From Phoronis australis (taxonomy: Eukaryota; Animalia; Phoronida), in assembly GCA_002633005.1 (NCBI GenBank), contig NMRA01001112.1:1-53652 (forward strand): 53,652 bases of DNA. Direction: 5' to 3'. The translations under genes and the position numbers were made by a program. This document shows positions 12,777 to 25,459 of the stretch, piece by piece (position 1 is the stretch's first letter; the number at the start of each line of letters is the position of its first letter). The notes under the pieces were generated by a model. That model was not told the DNA's origin and ran no database searches. It saw only the letters and a list, made by a program, of their open reading frames with translations.

Positions 12777-13578
12777 CAGCTTTGGGTTTTTGTACAACCA
12801 TTTCTGTCGTGAACAGAAGGTTACACATATATCTGGGTGCACATGCAGCTTGAGTGTCTCATATTTTGCAAAACTAATAATTACTAATTTGGTTGTTCAA
12901 CACACAGTCTCATCTGATGGTTGTTATCATGGGATTTATTTACCCAGTGTTCATCAAGATAGTATCCTGCATCTTAGCTTCTAGACAAATGTAACGGAGG
13001 TCACAAACAAGTGCCTGACCTTAGACTGGTGACTCACCATTTCCTGGTATCGGTTTCGATATGAAAAAATGTGCTTGTTTGCGTTGTCAAAACAGATTCT
13101 TTCACACGAACAATAGGTCTTGGTGACGGCATGCCGTAGCACAACTAACAATGGCCTCTTTATTTGGGCGCTGTGGTACACTGTCATTGGGGTTTTAAAC
13201 GCGTCGTTTTTATGAAAACAAGTTTTTGTTCGTTTTGTCAGAACGGATACTTTTCATACAAACAATAGGTCTTAGTAACGGTGCGCCGTAGCATGAACAA
13301 CAATGACAGTTTAATTAGGGTCCAGTTGAGTGAACATTATGTTTTGAAGGGGTACATTTTGAAAAGGCGTGACTTTGAGGTCCCTGGGGCTTATTCAATT
13401 AATTGTGCTCTTAGGTTTTCTAAGGCTGGTACTGAGGCCCGAAGTCCCTCAACGTTATAAATTAAACTTACAGTTACAAAAAATTGAAATATGCTAAACA
13501 TAACTTAAGTGGATTCATTGGCTTACTTGGTGAAATATTTAATAAAATAATTCTACATTTTAGGTCACTGGCCAAAAT

Positions 13579-15555
13579 ATGGCAATTAGCTCCAAGGACG
13601 CAGACGACATTCGAAGGCTATTAGAATGTCCCATCTGTTTAGAAAGACCGAAAACACCACGCCAACTGCCGTGTATTCACACGTTCTGTCATGAATGTTT
13701 ACAAACATTTATTGACAAACGAGGCAAAGGCGGCAAGTTTTCATGTCCACGGTGCAATCGACTTTTCGACATCCCGAAAGATGGCGCTGCTGGCTTTGCC
13801 TTCAATCATTTCATCAATCACCTGAACGACTGTGTTCCTAAAACGACCAATGTCTTCTGTTATGTCTGTCATTGCAAGGGATCCACAGTGGGGGCAGATT
13901 TCATGTGTATTCAGTGCGCTCATCACTTGTGTAAAAAGTGTGCGGACGTTCACTGTCAGACTGGAATCACTTTAACCCACAAAGTGGTCAGTTTGGAGGA
14001 AGTCGCAGCTGGCATGCATTTTGAGGCGATACGTGAACACCAAACAGTGTGTTGTCCCAAACATCCGGACAAGTTGCTTGAAATATACTGTGAACAATGC
14101 AAAACTCCCGTGTGTCTGTTATGCAAAGCTCTGGAGCACGATCACCACGAGATGAAGAATATTGAAGAGGCGGCACAGGAAGCAATCGAGGTGCTCACAG
14201 CTTTGATGGAGCCGTGGATAGACGCAGTGGATCACGCGAAGGCTTTGTCAGATGAACGCAAGAATATTCGCGAGGAACTGAACCAAGAACTTTTACAACG
14301 AAAGGTTGAAGAACTCGGCAAAATTTTTGACGATTTCAAGAAGAAGATTGACGACGAACTGGAAACTAAGAGAAGTGAAGCGATCACTAAACTGACCGAG
14401 AAGTTCGAGTCGGTCCAAAAACAAAGTCAAGCAGCTTACGAGGCGGCTGAACACAGTCGACTATCTCTGATGAGTACATTGAGATACGCCAAGAGACTGG
14501 TTGAAAGAGCGCATCCTGCTGAAACAACTCTACAGTACCATGACATGGCCGCCACTCTGAGATCGTTAGATATCAGTCAGTTTGAACTTAATGCAGACAG
14601 ACATGTGTTTAACTTTGTACCACCTGAACTGTCAGTACCTAACGTGTCTGTTGATAGTGAATCTACTGTAGAATCACAACTAATGGACACAAAAGTGTCA
14701 CACCTTCATCTTTCATCCAAATCACCCGTTCAGCCTGTCACTCCACCACTGACTGTTAAAGAACCTGCGGGTAGTGTTGGTAGTTTTACCAGCCGGGGTG
14801 AGGGGGTGAGGAAGTCTAAGTGTTGGGGACTGGCAGTTTGTGATGAGGGGTTTGTTGTAACAGACGCACACAACAAAACTGTGAAAGTGTTTGACAAACA
14901 CGACTTTAAACTAAAGTTGAAGTTACAACAAACTCATCACAAACTGCAGGAGCCGGTCGACGTGACATGTCACAAAGATGGTCACATCTTCATCACCGAC
15001 CACGGCATTAATGGTGTTGTCAGGTATGATGGCCGTGGTGAGGTGGTGAAGGTGTGTCGTGATGTGTATAAAGGCTGGGGCTTTGTGACATGTCACGGTG
15101 ACAGACTGGTTGTGTGTGATACAGACGGGGGACGGGTACTTATAACGGATCTTAACTGTGATATTCACCAACAGTTGGACGGCCCCACCCTGGGGCTGAG
15201 TAAGTTCAGACCACGATATGTGTGTATGGACAACAGTGGTCAGTTGGTGGTCAGTGAGTTTTACCCCGGTCGTGTCCACATAATAGACCCGACACGGCCG
15301 GCCGTTGTATCCACACTGACCCATCAACTGAGTAACTGGCCGTGGGGTGTGTGTGTAGACCCACACGGTCACATTCTGGTGGCAGACGAGGGCAATAATC
15401 AGGTGATTTTATACAACAACGCACGTGCACACGTGATCGTGCCCCCTGGTGGTGTCCAGCATCCAACTGGTTTATGTCTCCCGGCCCCGGGTCAGGTGTC
15501 TGTAGTGGAGCGTGGTACAGGTGTGGTGAAGACATTTCAGTACTTGGAGGAATAA
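13579..15555 (+). CDS. TRIM-NHL family E3 ubiquitin ligase (TRIM2/3/71-like architecture, no recognisable filamin domain), 658 aa, single coding exon
   Basis: C3HC4 RING (CPIC..PCIHTFCHEC..CPRC), B-box1 (CYVC..CIQC..LCKKCADVH), B-box2 (CPKHPDKLLEIYCEQC..VCLLC..H), coiled coil, NHL repeats (PWGVCVDPHGHILVADEGNNQV); splice acceptor ttctacattttag ends at 13563, 15 nt before the ATG. Confidence 0.95.
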   Translation: MAISSKDADDIRRLLECPICLERPKTPRQLPCIHTFCHECLQTFIDKRGKGGKFSCPRCNRLFDIPKDGAAGFAFNHFINHLNDCVPKTTNVFCYVCHCKGSTVGADFMCIQCAHHLCKKCADVHCQTGITLTHKVVSLEEVAAGMHFEAIREHQTVCCPKHPDKLLEIYCEQCKTPVCLLCKALEHDHHEMKNIEEAAQEAIEVLTALMEPWIDAVDHAKALSDERKNIREELNQELLQRKVEELGKIFDDFKKKIDDELETKRSEAITKLTEKFESVQKQSQAAYEAAEHSRLSLMSTLRYAKRLVERAHPAETTLQYHDMAATLRSLDISQFELNADRHVFNFVPPELSVPNVSVDSESTVESQLMDTKVSHLHLSSKSPVQPVTPPLTVKEPAGSVGSFTSRGEGVRKSKCWGLAVCDEGFVVTDAHNKTVKVFDKHDFKLKLKLQQTHHKLQEPVDVTCHKDGHIFITDHGINGVVRYDGRGEVVKVCRDVYKGWGFVTCHGDRLVVCDTDGGRVLITDLNCDIHQQLDGPTLGLSKFRPRYVCMDNSGQLVVSEFYPGRVHIIDPTRPAVVSTLTHQLSNWPWGVCVDPHGHILVADEGNNQVILYNNARAHVIVPPGGVQHPTGLCLPAPGQVSVVERGTGVVKTFQYLEE

Positions 15556-16231
15556 CGTTATGTAGTACTGAACAACGCGTGTTTCTGCGTTATGTGTAGA
15601 TATAATATGTATCATATGCACTGTGATATTTTAATGACTAGAATATCGTTCGTCTGCTCAGTTTGGTGTGAATCATGAACTAGTTGTTAGATGTTTGGTG
15701 ATAGTTAGTTCCGACTGTTGACAAGTGTTTAAGTTGTTTATTTTGATAAATTTGTAATTAACACTGCCATTCTTTTGAAGTTTGATGTATGGCTCAATTT
15801 GACTGGTACATTAATTGGAAATTATTCTGAAAAATAACATATTTTTGTAGACGATTGCTCGGGGACTTTTGAAATTCGTCTAACAAAAGCACTAGCTAAT
15901 GCAGTAGTAAAAGTTATATTTGTAAAAGCATAATTATTTTATGGCGGCAGTAGCCATCGTTTGCATAGGTAATATTCTCGTTTGACTGTTTCCCGGTTGG
16001 GATCAAAATCGTGTTTGAAATGATATGTATGTCGATTAATAATCACCTGATCCCACATTTCACTGAGCATGTGGGCCTATCTGGTGATGGCGGCGATAGT
16101 ACTGCGGAGTGCACGGTGACCCTAGTTAAAATTTACTCGTTTCACAATATTTGTTTTTTCTCAAAAAAGCAATCAATGTATTCGGCAAAACAAAAAGGAC
16201 AAATGTTCAGGCACACGTACTCATAAAAATA

Positions 16232-16517
16232 CAGTGGCGGATCTAGGATGATATAACGGGGGCCTAGCATTTTGTCTCGGGCAACCTCAAAGTACGGTCG
16301 CATGGGCGCACCCAGCTGAAAGTCTATAGGTGCCCGAATGACTTGGTGGACTAAAAAAAAACCGGAAAACGGTTGCACCGTAGGTCACGCTTGCAATTGC
16401 AACGGGGTCTGAGCACCCCAGATTAATTGCTCAACTCAATATTTCCCCACGATTATGCTCTTTTATTTTTTTGGTGGTGGAGGGGCGGGACCCCTGCTCC
16501 CCCTAAATCCGCCTATG
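16232..16517. mobile_element. MITE of the CAGTGGCGGAT... family, 5-bp TSD
   Basis: cagtggcggatctagg ... cctaaatccgcctatg, flanked by aaata/aaata; absent from the paralogous block near 28460. Confidence 0.8.
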
Positions 16518-16690
16518 AAATAGTGCGATCATCAAAGGAGACAGTAATAATTTCCCATGTTTCCTCCATGTGACCACTCTTCAGAAATCTTGTTGCATTT
16601 TAGTAAAAGTGACGGAGTGGTCGTCAAAAAATTGTTTCATTAAACTTCCATTTTGATACGACACAAATAGTCGCCGTTGTACAAGTTAAC

Positions 16691-17100
16691 GTGGACTACT
16701 TACTACATTTTCTGTTTAAGTGTCCGTTTTTCTTAGATGCCAGAAACACCTTTTATTGTCAAGTTGAGATTAAATATCCACGATTCCGTGCAGAAAGCTG
16801 TGAAAGTAAATTAATTACAATCATACAAAAAGATGTTATTAGAAAAACTTCACTTTTCATCAAAAATATTTTTGAAATAAGGAAAAATTGTATTTATTTA
16901 TGTTCACTTTTATCTCGGCCTTCTCTTTCTGGTCCTCTTGCAATGCGCGTACACTTGTCTTTTCTTTTTTGTATCATGTATCTAAAGTGACTTATAAGCC
17001 CCGTGGAGGGCTGGGTGTTCCTAGTCTTTGTAACGTATTCATTGATTAAATTCATTTGAACACATATCACTATAATAAAAATTACTTACTTACTTACTTA
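16691..17100 (+). mobile_element. LINE 3' fragment (ORF2 C-terminus, 3' UTR, short tandem-repeat tail)
   Basis: HFLFKCPFFLDAR...TSLFIKNIFEIR resembles the C-terminal cysteine/histidine region of non-LTR ORF2; hairpin agccc..gggct; AATAAA then (ttac)n tail; absent from the paralogous block. Confidence 0.7.
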
Positions 17101-20100
17101 GTATAATCATGAAGGCTAACACGGCATGAATTACTGCTCGGACTGAAGCAATCGGATATGAAACTAAGCTTTTGACTTTCAACCAAGCAAGCGTAAAATC
17201 TCACACCTTTGTTTTACGTCAACCTGTTTCAATACCACCAAATTCCAAGAGATTTTTATAGGATATTAATACAAGGAACACTCCAAAAATCCATTTACAA
17301 AATTTCTCATGTTTAAGTTACTTTTGTAAATTATCAAATCTACTATTTCAAGAATGTGACTAAGAAAATCGACAGAGGTTATAGGACTTTTTTTAAAACT
17401 ACATTTCATTAGCTCCCCAAAACGAAAATTGACACTTTTAAAAGCCCATAAAATTGAACGCAAGTTATTTGTTGCTGTAATAAGACTTGAGTTCCTTTTC
17501 CAATACAGCAAGATGACTGCATCCACTAGCGATTCAAGAGAGCGCTTTAAATTCAGAGTTAAAATCGCGAACTCATCAATCAACCTCTGACAACATCGCC
17601 GGCAAGTTCGGAAAATGTGTCAATGTTTAAAACCCCAAATTGTATCAGTTACGATTTCAACAGTGACAGCCAAACAGCATGGGGAATCCGCCCCCCTCCC
17701 TTTGAATTCGATCTGATGTCAGTTCCGAGTGACCCGTCCATTTCAGCTCACGATTCCAACACTCCGGTTTCCCACTTTACTGTTGTGAAATAATTTTATG
17801 TGTATTCGTTTAGGTTATGTAAGACTTTATCAACAAGTCTACGTAGTTAGCAAATATCTAGGATGTTTTTTTTAAATAGTTAAAATTAAATAAAGGTGTA
17901 AGAATATTTCCTGAAAAAAAGAAAGTCCGAGGAATTTGATATTTGACTTTTTGCCAATGTGTTATTGCTTGGTCACGTGACCATGTCTTTTAACAGAATT
18001 GAGCAAAACAGAAAGTTGCATTGATTGCAAAACGACGTTCTCACTAGCACCATCACATTTTATTTGAATGTTCAAGATAAGGTATTAAAAACTCTGCCAG
18101 AGGTTTTTTAAATATCATTTCGTTTCCGTTTTATGCAATTTTAAAGATTTTTCATGAGAATCATTAAAGTCCTATACTTGATAGCCTCTCATGGAAAAGT
18201 GAAATATTTTAAAACAGTTAGTAACATCGTATTTTAGACCTGTCCATAAAGCATAGTGTCTGAACGTTTCTTATGAATACTAGTAGCCAAATCTGAAAGT
18301 TTAATGTTCTGATGTTAGCCAAATTTAGCCATTTTATAGGTTCTGCATAACCATAAATTATCGTTACGTTTCGTGCCGTGATGTATCACAGTGTATTATG
18401 TTGTGGTGCGTTGCGTTGTATTGCACAAACATTGTACAAAGTTGATCTGCGGCCGTTCTTACTGCCGACTCTTTGATGGCGACAAGTTATTTTATTAACT
18501 CAATTTTACTGCAGTCGAGTGTAATGGGAGGGGGGGGCAAACATCTGGGGGTTGGGAGTGTTGTGCAAAAGAGTAAAAATGGACAAGGAAAGAACAAACT
18601 TTTTACCCCCATCTCAGGTGTGTCTTTTGAAGTAAGTGATCTGTCTACAAACTGCCAGCGAAAACACTAGCAGCTTTGATATAACTCTATACGCAGTTGT
18701 GATTGACACTTAAACTGTTCATATCACTGACCATTTTGCTATTGGTAAATAGGTGCTTTCGAAGTCGCTAGGTTTTTATCCAGTTTTAGAATGGATTATT
18801 AGTCACTGACCTACATGTATCTTACTAATTTGACTCGATTAATCGTGTTTTAGCAGTTACGTACTTGTTGCACACGGAATAGGATTGTCGCGAAACTATT
18901 TTATTTAAAAATCAATCAGTTTGCTTGATATCGATGTGTAGTAATATTGCAACTTATTTTGGGCGAGCTCCATTAGTAATTTCATCATAGATGTATTGAG
19001 TAAACCTGTGTTACAATGTCCACACATGAGACATTGCAAGGTGGAGCAACTTCACTAATGAAAGTCTTTTGAACTTCGATTACATTGACTCGATTAATCG
19101 TGTTTTAGCAGTTACGTACTTACTGCACTTGAAACAGGATTGTCCATACATGACACGTTGGAAGGCGGAGCAACTTAACTAATGAAAGTCTTTGACATTC
19201 AATATTTTTGATGTAATATTCATGCGCGTGGACATGAACAAAATCTTTCACAAAGCATCATAAAGAGGACATAAATGTCCTGGACTCCTTATTGATAAAG
19301 TAAATTGATATATGTTTGAGGCCAATTTAGATTTAAATTTGCTAGGCACGAGTGAAACAGTTTAAATTCAAATTAAATAAGGTTTTTGGGCGTGACGCGT
19401 CTAAACGAATCATGTCATGATCTTTTCTCCGGTTACAAAATATTTCAAGCCAGCGGAGCCTTCCATTTTTAGTAAAGTTGGGGAACATGGAAATAGTCTT
19501 AACAGAAAAAAGACTTACTTTTTGTCTACGAAAATGAACCATTTATTGAAAAAATCAAAGATGAGAAACTCGTGATCTCTTATTTTTATTCAAAACAGGT
19601 CATATGAATATGAATAAGATGTTATCAACCTTAAAAACTCGGGCAGACTTTGCTGACAAAATAAACTATAGCGAACTTCTACACAAGTAATAAGATTTGA
19701 CTAAAGGCCTTTTAAAAACTTCAACAGGGCATTTGATACAAGTACAGAATTATCTATGTTTTGAAGACGTTGTTTTACCCGCAAACATGAAAACATTTGA
19801 AGTAAAAAATATGTAACTCGAGGAAAAATGTTCAATGCCTTCTGGTCTCGAGTATAATATTCATACCCAGGAGAGACTCGAAAAATGTCCATTTGCTTGA
19901 CATGCATAAAGTAAAACCTACACATTTATACTCGAAGGACATTAGACCCATGGGCCAGAAATCTGCCTTTGTAAAGATAAGACATGCAACGCAGTCTACT
20001 CCAGTTCACATCATAGTCTTATAGTCGTTGCTAGGGTTCTAGCACTTTGCGGCGCATAAATGACAACATGTGAGTTTACAAAGATTTTTTGTTTATTGCT

Positions 20101-22575
20101 TTCTCGCGAAACTTCCAAAACTGAGTAATAACTGCACAAAAAATCACAAAATCAGCGATTGACCAACACACCTGCACTGTGCGTAGATCATCGATAACAA
20201 AACCAAGACTAAAGCGGGAAAACGCAGTTACAAGGCTAATGTCACGTGACCAACGAAGGAATCGGGGTACGACGTACAGGGTAATTACAAATGCACACAA
20301 CTACCAAACAATACTTTTAATGGCCAAAGAATAACTACGTTTGCAGTAACAAGTAGTAGCATTCTCTTCGAGAAAAGTAATTTTGCAGAAATTACCTAAC
20401 AATTGCGCGGAATCAAACACGCTACCTCCGCACACGTAGCCGAACCCGTGTCTAACGCTCAGCCAAATCCGAGGCGTTGTACATTTTTAGAAGCGTATTT
20501 TAGTAAGCTTAGAATTTTCAATCATTTTAAATGGTGAAGAAGACAGCCTTGATTCCATCGAATGACTTACGGAAAGTAGTAAGAATTGGGGATTAGTAAT
20601 AAAAGCACAACACCGAAGTGAATTAAGTTGTTTTCTGGGTATCGTCTGTGAACATGTTGTATCGACATTTGATATTTGAAATAAATGAGGGGAATTCAAT
20701 AACATAAATTTATCTGATAAAATTGTTATCACAAAATTCCCGTTTTGTCCAACAGTAAGATTAGTAGATATCCGTGCTATTTATGTGTAGAATACCCTTC
20801 TACGGCACTTTTAATGAGGAGTTTTCTGAATCAAATATTAGACAAATGAAAATGTGCTCTTGTTTTTATCTCCATGGAAACATGCATACACGTGCCATAT
20901 TCACACGCACTGACCCTTTGTGTGTGTGGCAAGACAAGGTTACTTTCCAAAATCTGAGACAGGTGCCTGTCCCACCATTTTGAATGCAATGAAATCGTGT
21001 AACCCCTCATATTGCTGGATTTGGTAAACATCGATCATAACCGAAAATAATAAAATGGTGTTAGAAATGAAATTGGCAACATTTGTCAGTCATGGTCTTC
21101 TGTCTACTGCTGTACGTCGGACAACCTGGTGTTTTAATGTTTTAATTTCCGATGTCACGGAGAGGGGGAGCCAACATCGCAAGCAAGTAAAATGGAGTTC
21201 TTTTCCAAACTAACAGATCAAAACAAATTTCGAATATAAAACTGTTAATTGTCATTAAAATACATCGATTTTAAAAATTGTTTAAAAAACCATTAGAAGT
21301 GTTTTCTCATTAACCAAAGAACGACATGAGTTAAATACGCTGTTTTCCCTGTCAGATTACAACTACTTTTGAATAATTGATCTTAAAAAATTAAAGTTGG
21401 GTCAAACATGTCGGGCGCTGGTGATTGAGGAAACTTGGCGCGATGTTTTTGGTTTTCACTCAGCAAAACTTTTAATGTTCAATTTCAAAGTGGGAACACC
21501 TGTTTCAAGTTTCTGGTGATCGATTTTCTGAAGAAGGGCACTCTTCCTATAGACTCAAATGAGATTTTAGCTAATTTTTCCCTTTAAGAAGATAGTTAAT
21601 TATCTCCGTGATTTTTGTTAAAATATTGAAAAACTGGACATCGGACGTCAATACCCAATGTTCTTAAAAGTTATTCGAAAATGATCATTCTTTTTGTTTA
21701 TTTGTAAAAGCGTAAACATAAATTCCACTGTGACGTCGGTAAATGCCATAAATTTACAGAAATGACTTAGTACTGGCTTTATAAAGTCAAGCCGCCCTCT
21801 ATTGTGATGGAGACGAAACATGGGAGTACAGGAATATGACTGACTCGAAAAATTGCACATTTTGTAAACGAGCGTTCGTTGTAGCCATAGAAGTATAGAC
21901 TTAGAATGTCAACTCTCTCACGTATTTAAGCTTGCGATCACGAAACTAGCTGCCAGAGCACTCTGGCCAACTCGCGATCGAGAACGCCCGGAAGGCGATC
22001 GCGAACGAGACCTTGCACCTAAACGGTAGATGCCGGTGGCATACCCGGTGAGTTTGTCATTTTCTTCTTAAATAGAGGCTACTTTGGTACGAATGCGACT
22101 CACGGAAAAGCGTTACGGTTTAATTTTTGTTGTGAATATGAAATAATACTTGGCTTTTGCTTATTTCTTAAAATTATGAGCTCAGAAAGCAACGGCTTTC
22201 AGTAAAATGCCTTACGCCTCGTAAAGTGGACAATTTCATCTCGTTATCAACAATTAGAGGCGTGTGACGGTTATAGTTTAATTGCCCCTGGTGACACCTT
22301 TGTTGGATATGATTTGTGAAACAATTCGAGATATTAACCAATACAAGCATATCCTTGTGTGAGACGGCGGTCGGGAACGAAGTAGTTAATTCTCTAAGGC
22401 TATCGTGAACGCACCCTTTTTCTCTGCATTGGCCAGAATAGGCGTTCAAGTTACTGTGTTATGTTAATGATATTGGAATAATACGTGCCATGAATTAGTT
22501 CACCGTTTTTTCATGTTTTGTTTGTGAGATTTAGCTTAACAAATACATGTATAAAAATGCGTTTGATTTTTTCAG

Positions 22576-22985
22576 TTGACAGTAGACACACGACGAGTCC
22601 TTCAGGGTGTTAACGTCCACGCCTTCAAAAAAGAGTAGCACAACTGCACAAAGGAGTGTGTGAATGTTGTGGAGCTTCGTTCACGAAGAAATAGACTTTG
22701 TATGACCACGTGGCAATAGCACACAGTGACACTACGGCAAGCAAGAAATTTACCAGCCCTGTGATAGACGTGTTGCATGGGGCAAGAATTTTTTGTCGAT
22801 ATAAGAAAACACAACATGAAGCATCGTGCTCAGAAATCAAGTCGATTCAGTGTCCTATCTGCGATCAATGTTTCACGGAAAGAGTGTGCCCGACGCCATA
22901 TATGCGTCAGAGCACAGGGACACTCCTATTTTGTGAATGTGGTATGTCATGCAAACAGTATGCCTCCTACATGCACAAGAAATAG
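22576..22985 (+). pseudogene. Degenerate C2H2 zinc-finger array inside the CAC element
   Basis: YDHVAIAH, QCPICDQCFTER, FCECGMSCKQYASYMHKK; metal ligands partly lost; acceptor tttttcag ending at 22575. Confidence 0.55.
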
Positions 22986-24639
22986 AAATGCTATGGTTTA
23001 AATCATCAAGTCCAGTGATGAAGGTTGTTAAGTCACTATAGTTTATTCAGATTTACAGAGTTTATGGTTGGTAGTTGTCTGAAGTTTTCTTAACTTTTTG
23101 TTTTGAAACTTTTATCCTCAAATTTCTTTCTATATTTGTGTTGTTTCAATAGGATCTTTAACAAAACCATAGTATTTTTGTAGTGTTGAGTCAGATTTAA
23201 TTGGCCATACTAAGTATCATTGGGCAATACTTACATACAGTTGTTTTGACCAATTAATATTTCAAAAGAAAATATATGTCTATGATCATTGTAGAATTTT
23301 TTATATTGTAGTTGTTGATTTCTTGTGAGAAACTTAATATGCTGTCAACCAGTCCGAAATACATTGTCTGTTATTCAGTGATGATTTAGTCTAATACATT
23401 CCAAAATAATTATTAGGAAATGTTCAATAGGTTTGTAATGTTGATTTCTCTAAAGCAATGTTTTAAATCTTTTTTATGACCAATGTTGAGGTATGTGTGA
23501 TATTTAATATTGTAGTTGTTTTCCAGTGTCTTGAAGTGACCTCAAAGACAACATTTTGAATGCATTTTAAGAAAATCATAATATAGCATGTGTATTATAA
23601 CTCGTCTCACTCTTTTTCAATTTCACATTAAACTGGAAATCATGAACTGAAGATGCCAGTGGTGTATCTGCGTTTTCAGTAAGGGTGGTTCAGGATTCCT
23701 GCAAAGGTAGAATCCGAGGCGCGCAGCGCCGAGCGGGGGGAAGGTCGAAAGATGGGTTCCCCCTACCGTGTAAGACAATTTTTTGTTTTTGTAGCCAAAT
23801 AGTAAAATTTCCATGCATCCTAGCGAGTTTCTGGCAGTTAACGTGTCTCTGGATTTTTTCTTAAGATAATTTAAAACCTTTCTCGATTTCGTAACATGAA
23901 CTTGGCTCATGAGCTTCGTGAAACTATAATTGTGCACATCTTGGTATGAGTCACGCCACCAGCAAAAATTCTTGTTGGAACATTTGTCTACACACACCTT
24001 TATTGCATAAAAAATTCGTATACGAAAAAGTACAGGACCGGGATTAGGCCACTACCAAATAAAAACTCAACACTTGAATATCAGATGATTGCGTGACAGC
24101 AGCCTCTCAAGTTGTTTAAGAACGAAGACAGTCACTGTTACGTCCGGGAATAAACATATATTCTGTCTCGTTATGTGAAAATCTGGCGAACAATGGTGCT
24201 CTCAGCTCATAATCTATTGTTAAAAGCGACAATTAAGTATCACTTTATTAAGCTGAATCACGTTGACTGTTGTGCTACGGTATGTCGCAACAATTGAAAA
24301 ATAACAAATGTATCAGCAAACAAATCACCTGATTACATTTTCACGGAACCAAAACATTCTCTGCATCGTGGTGAAAAAATATACAAAAGCAGTTCACAGA
24401 AAGACCACATGTACACTGAGAGTACGCAAATAGGCTGGCCTGGTCTGTCACGAGACCAAAAGTACACCTTTGCTTACTATCCGTATTAAAAGTCGATCCG
24501 TCGCGGGACCAAACGGCAATGACTGAGATGAAAAGTTTTACAAAGCACCCTGTGGTGAAGAACATCACAAGACTAATTCGCCGAAGGACCAGAAGTAGGC
24601 CTACACTGAATGTCAATATCTACAAATCAAGCTGGCCTG

Positions 24640-25040
24640 GGCCCGGTCTCCAATCTTTTTACTCGAAATGGAACTCGAAATTAGGTTTGGCATTTTCTAC
24701 GCTACTTTTGGGCGAACTCAAGATAAGTGTCTATTATTCTATGCTCGAGTACACAATAACTTACGGAGACAATTTATTGCCCTTAGTTCACAGTTTGTAA
24801 ACCCAATATTAAAGCAATAAGTTCGAGTTTGAACTCAAAGTTTCGAGTTTTTACTCGAGTTTGTAGCACGAATATAAGGGTCTTCAAGGGCAAACTTGAA
24901 CTAGAAACTCCTATGCATAAACTATAATGTGTTCGAGCACAGTCTGATAACCAATTATCTTAAGTTCGCACAAAAGGAGCAGAGAAATTGCCAAAAATAG
25001 TTTCGAGTTCGTTTCGAGTACAAAGATTAGAGACCGGGCC
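24640..25040. mobile_element. 401-bp PIF/Harbinger-type MITE, CTG TSD
   Basis: ggcccggtctccaatcttt ... aaagattagagaccgggcc; imperfect TIR of ~90 bp; ctg at 24637-24639 and 25041-25043. Confidence 0.88.
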
Positions 25041-25459
25041 CTGGTCTCTTGCGACACATAAAGTGCACTGTGCACAAATCTGAACTGAAAACTTCTCTCT
25101 AGACACTTTTAAATACCCAGTGGTTGCTCATACGCGTATTTTACACATCTGTTGGTCAACTGCTGCGAGAGGTTGTCCAGGAACGGTATTCCAACTGTTC
25201 TTCTGTAATACCCACTAAAAAAAGTATTGAGTACAAATTTAACTACGCACTACGTGAAAAAGATTTCGGTTATGAAGCAGATAAAGATCCAAGTTGAAAT
25301 GCAAACCAGAATCAGTTTCTGTGCGCTAGTAGACCCTGTGTTGTACTGGGTAAATTTGGCATGACCAAAAATAATTTCTAGTTTGTTTTCATTGTGCACA
25401 AGCATCGAAGTAAACCGAAATTATGTACAAACTGTGTACAGTAGAATCATAATTTATTA

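Larger units (their letters stand above)
15755..17390 (+). repeat. TRIM 3' UTR and downstream block; diverged paralogue at ~28173-29880
   Basis: Colinear shared blocks acactgccatt, gtagccatcg, atcaaaatcgtgtttga, gatggcggcga, gtactgcggagtg, ctgaagcaatcgg, aaattccaagagat.tttataggatattaa. Confidence 0.85.

Noticed and set aside
14923-15535. Antisense ORFs within the TRIM CDS
   Set aside because: Shadow frames with no domain signal
17700-21900. Assorted repeat-like sequence, including local direct repeats at ~18830-19195 and ttaaag/ctttaa ends
   Set aside because: Likely old non-autonomous transposons, but I could not pair boundaries and found no coding signal
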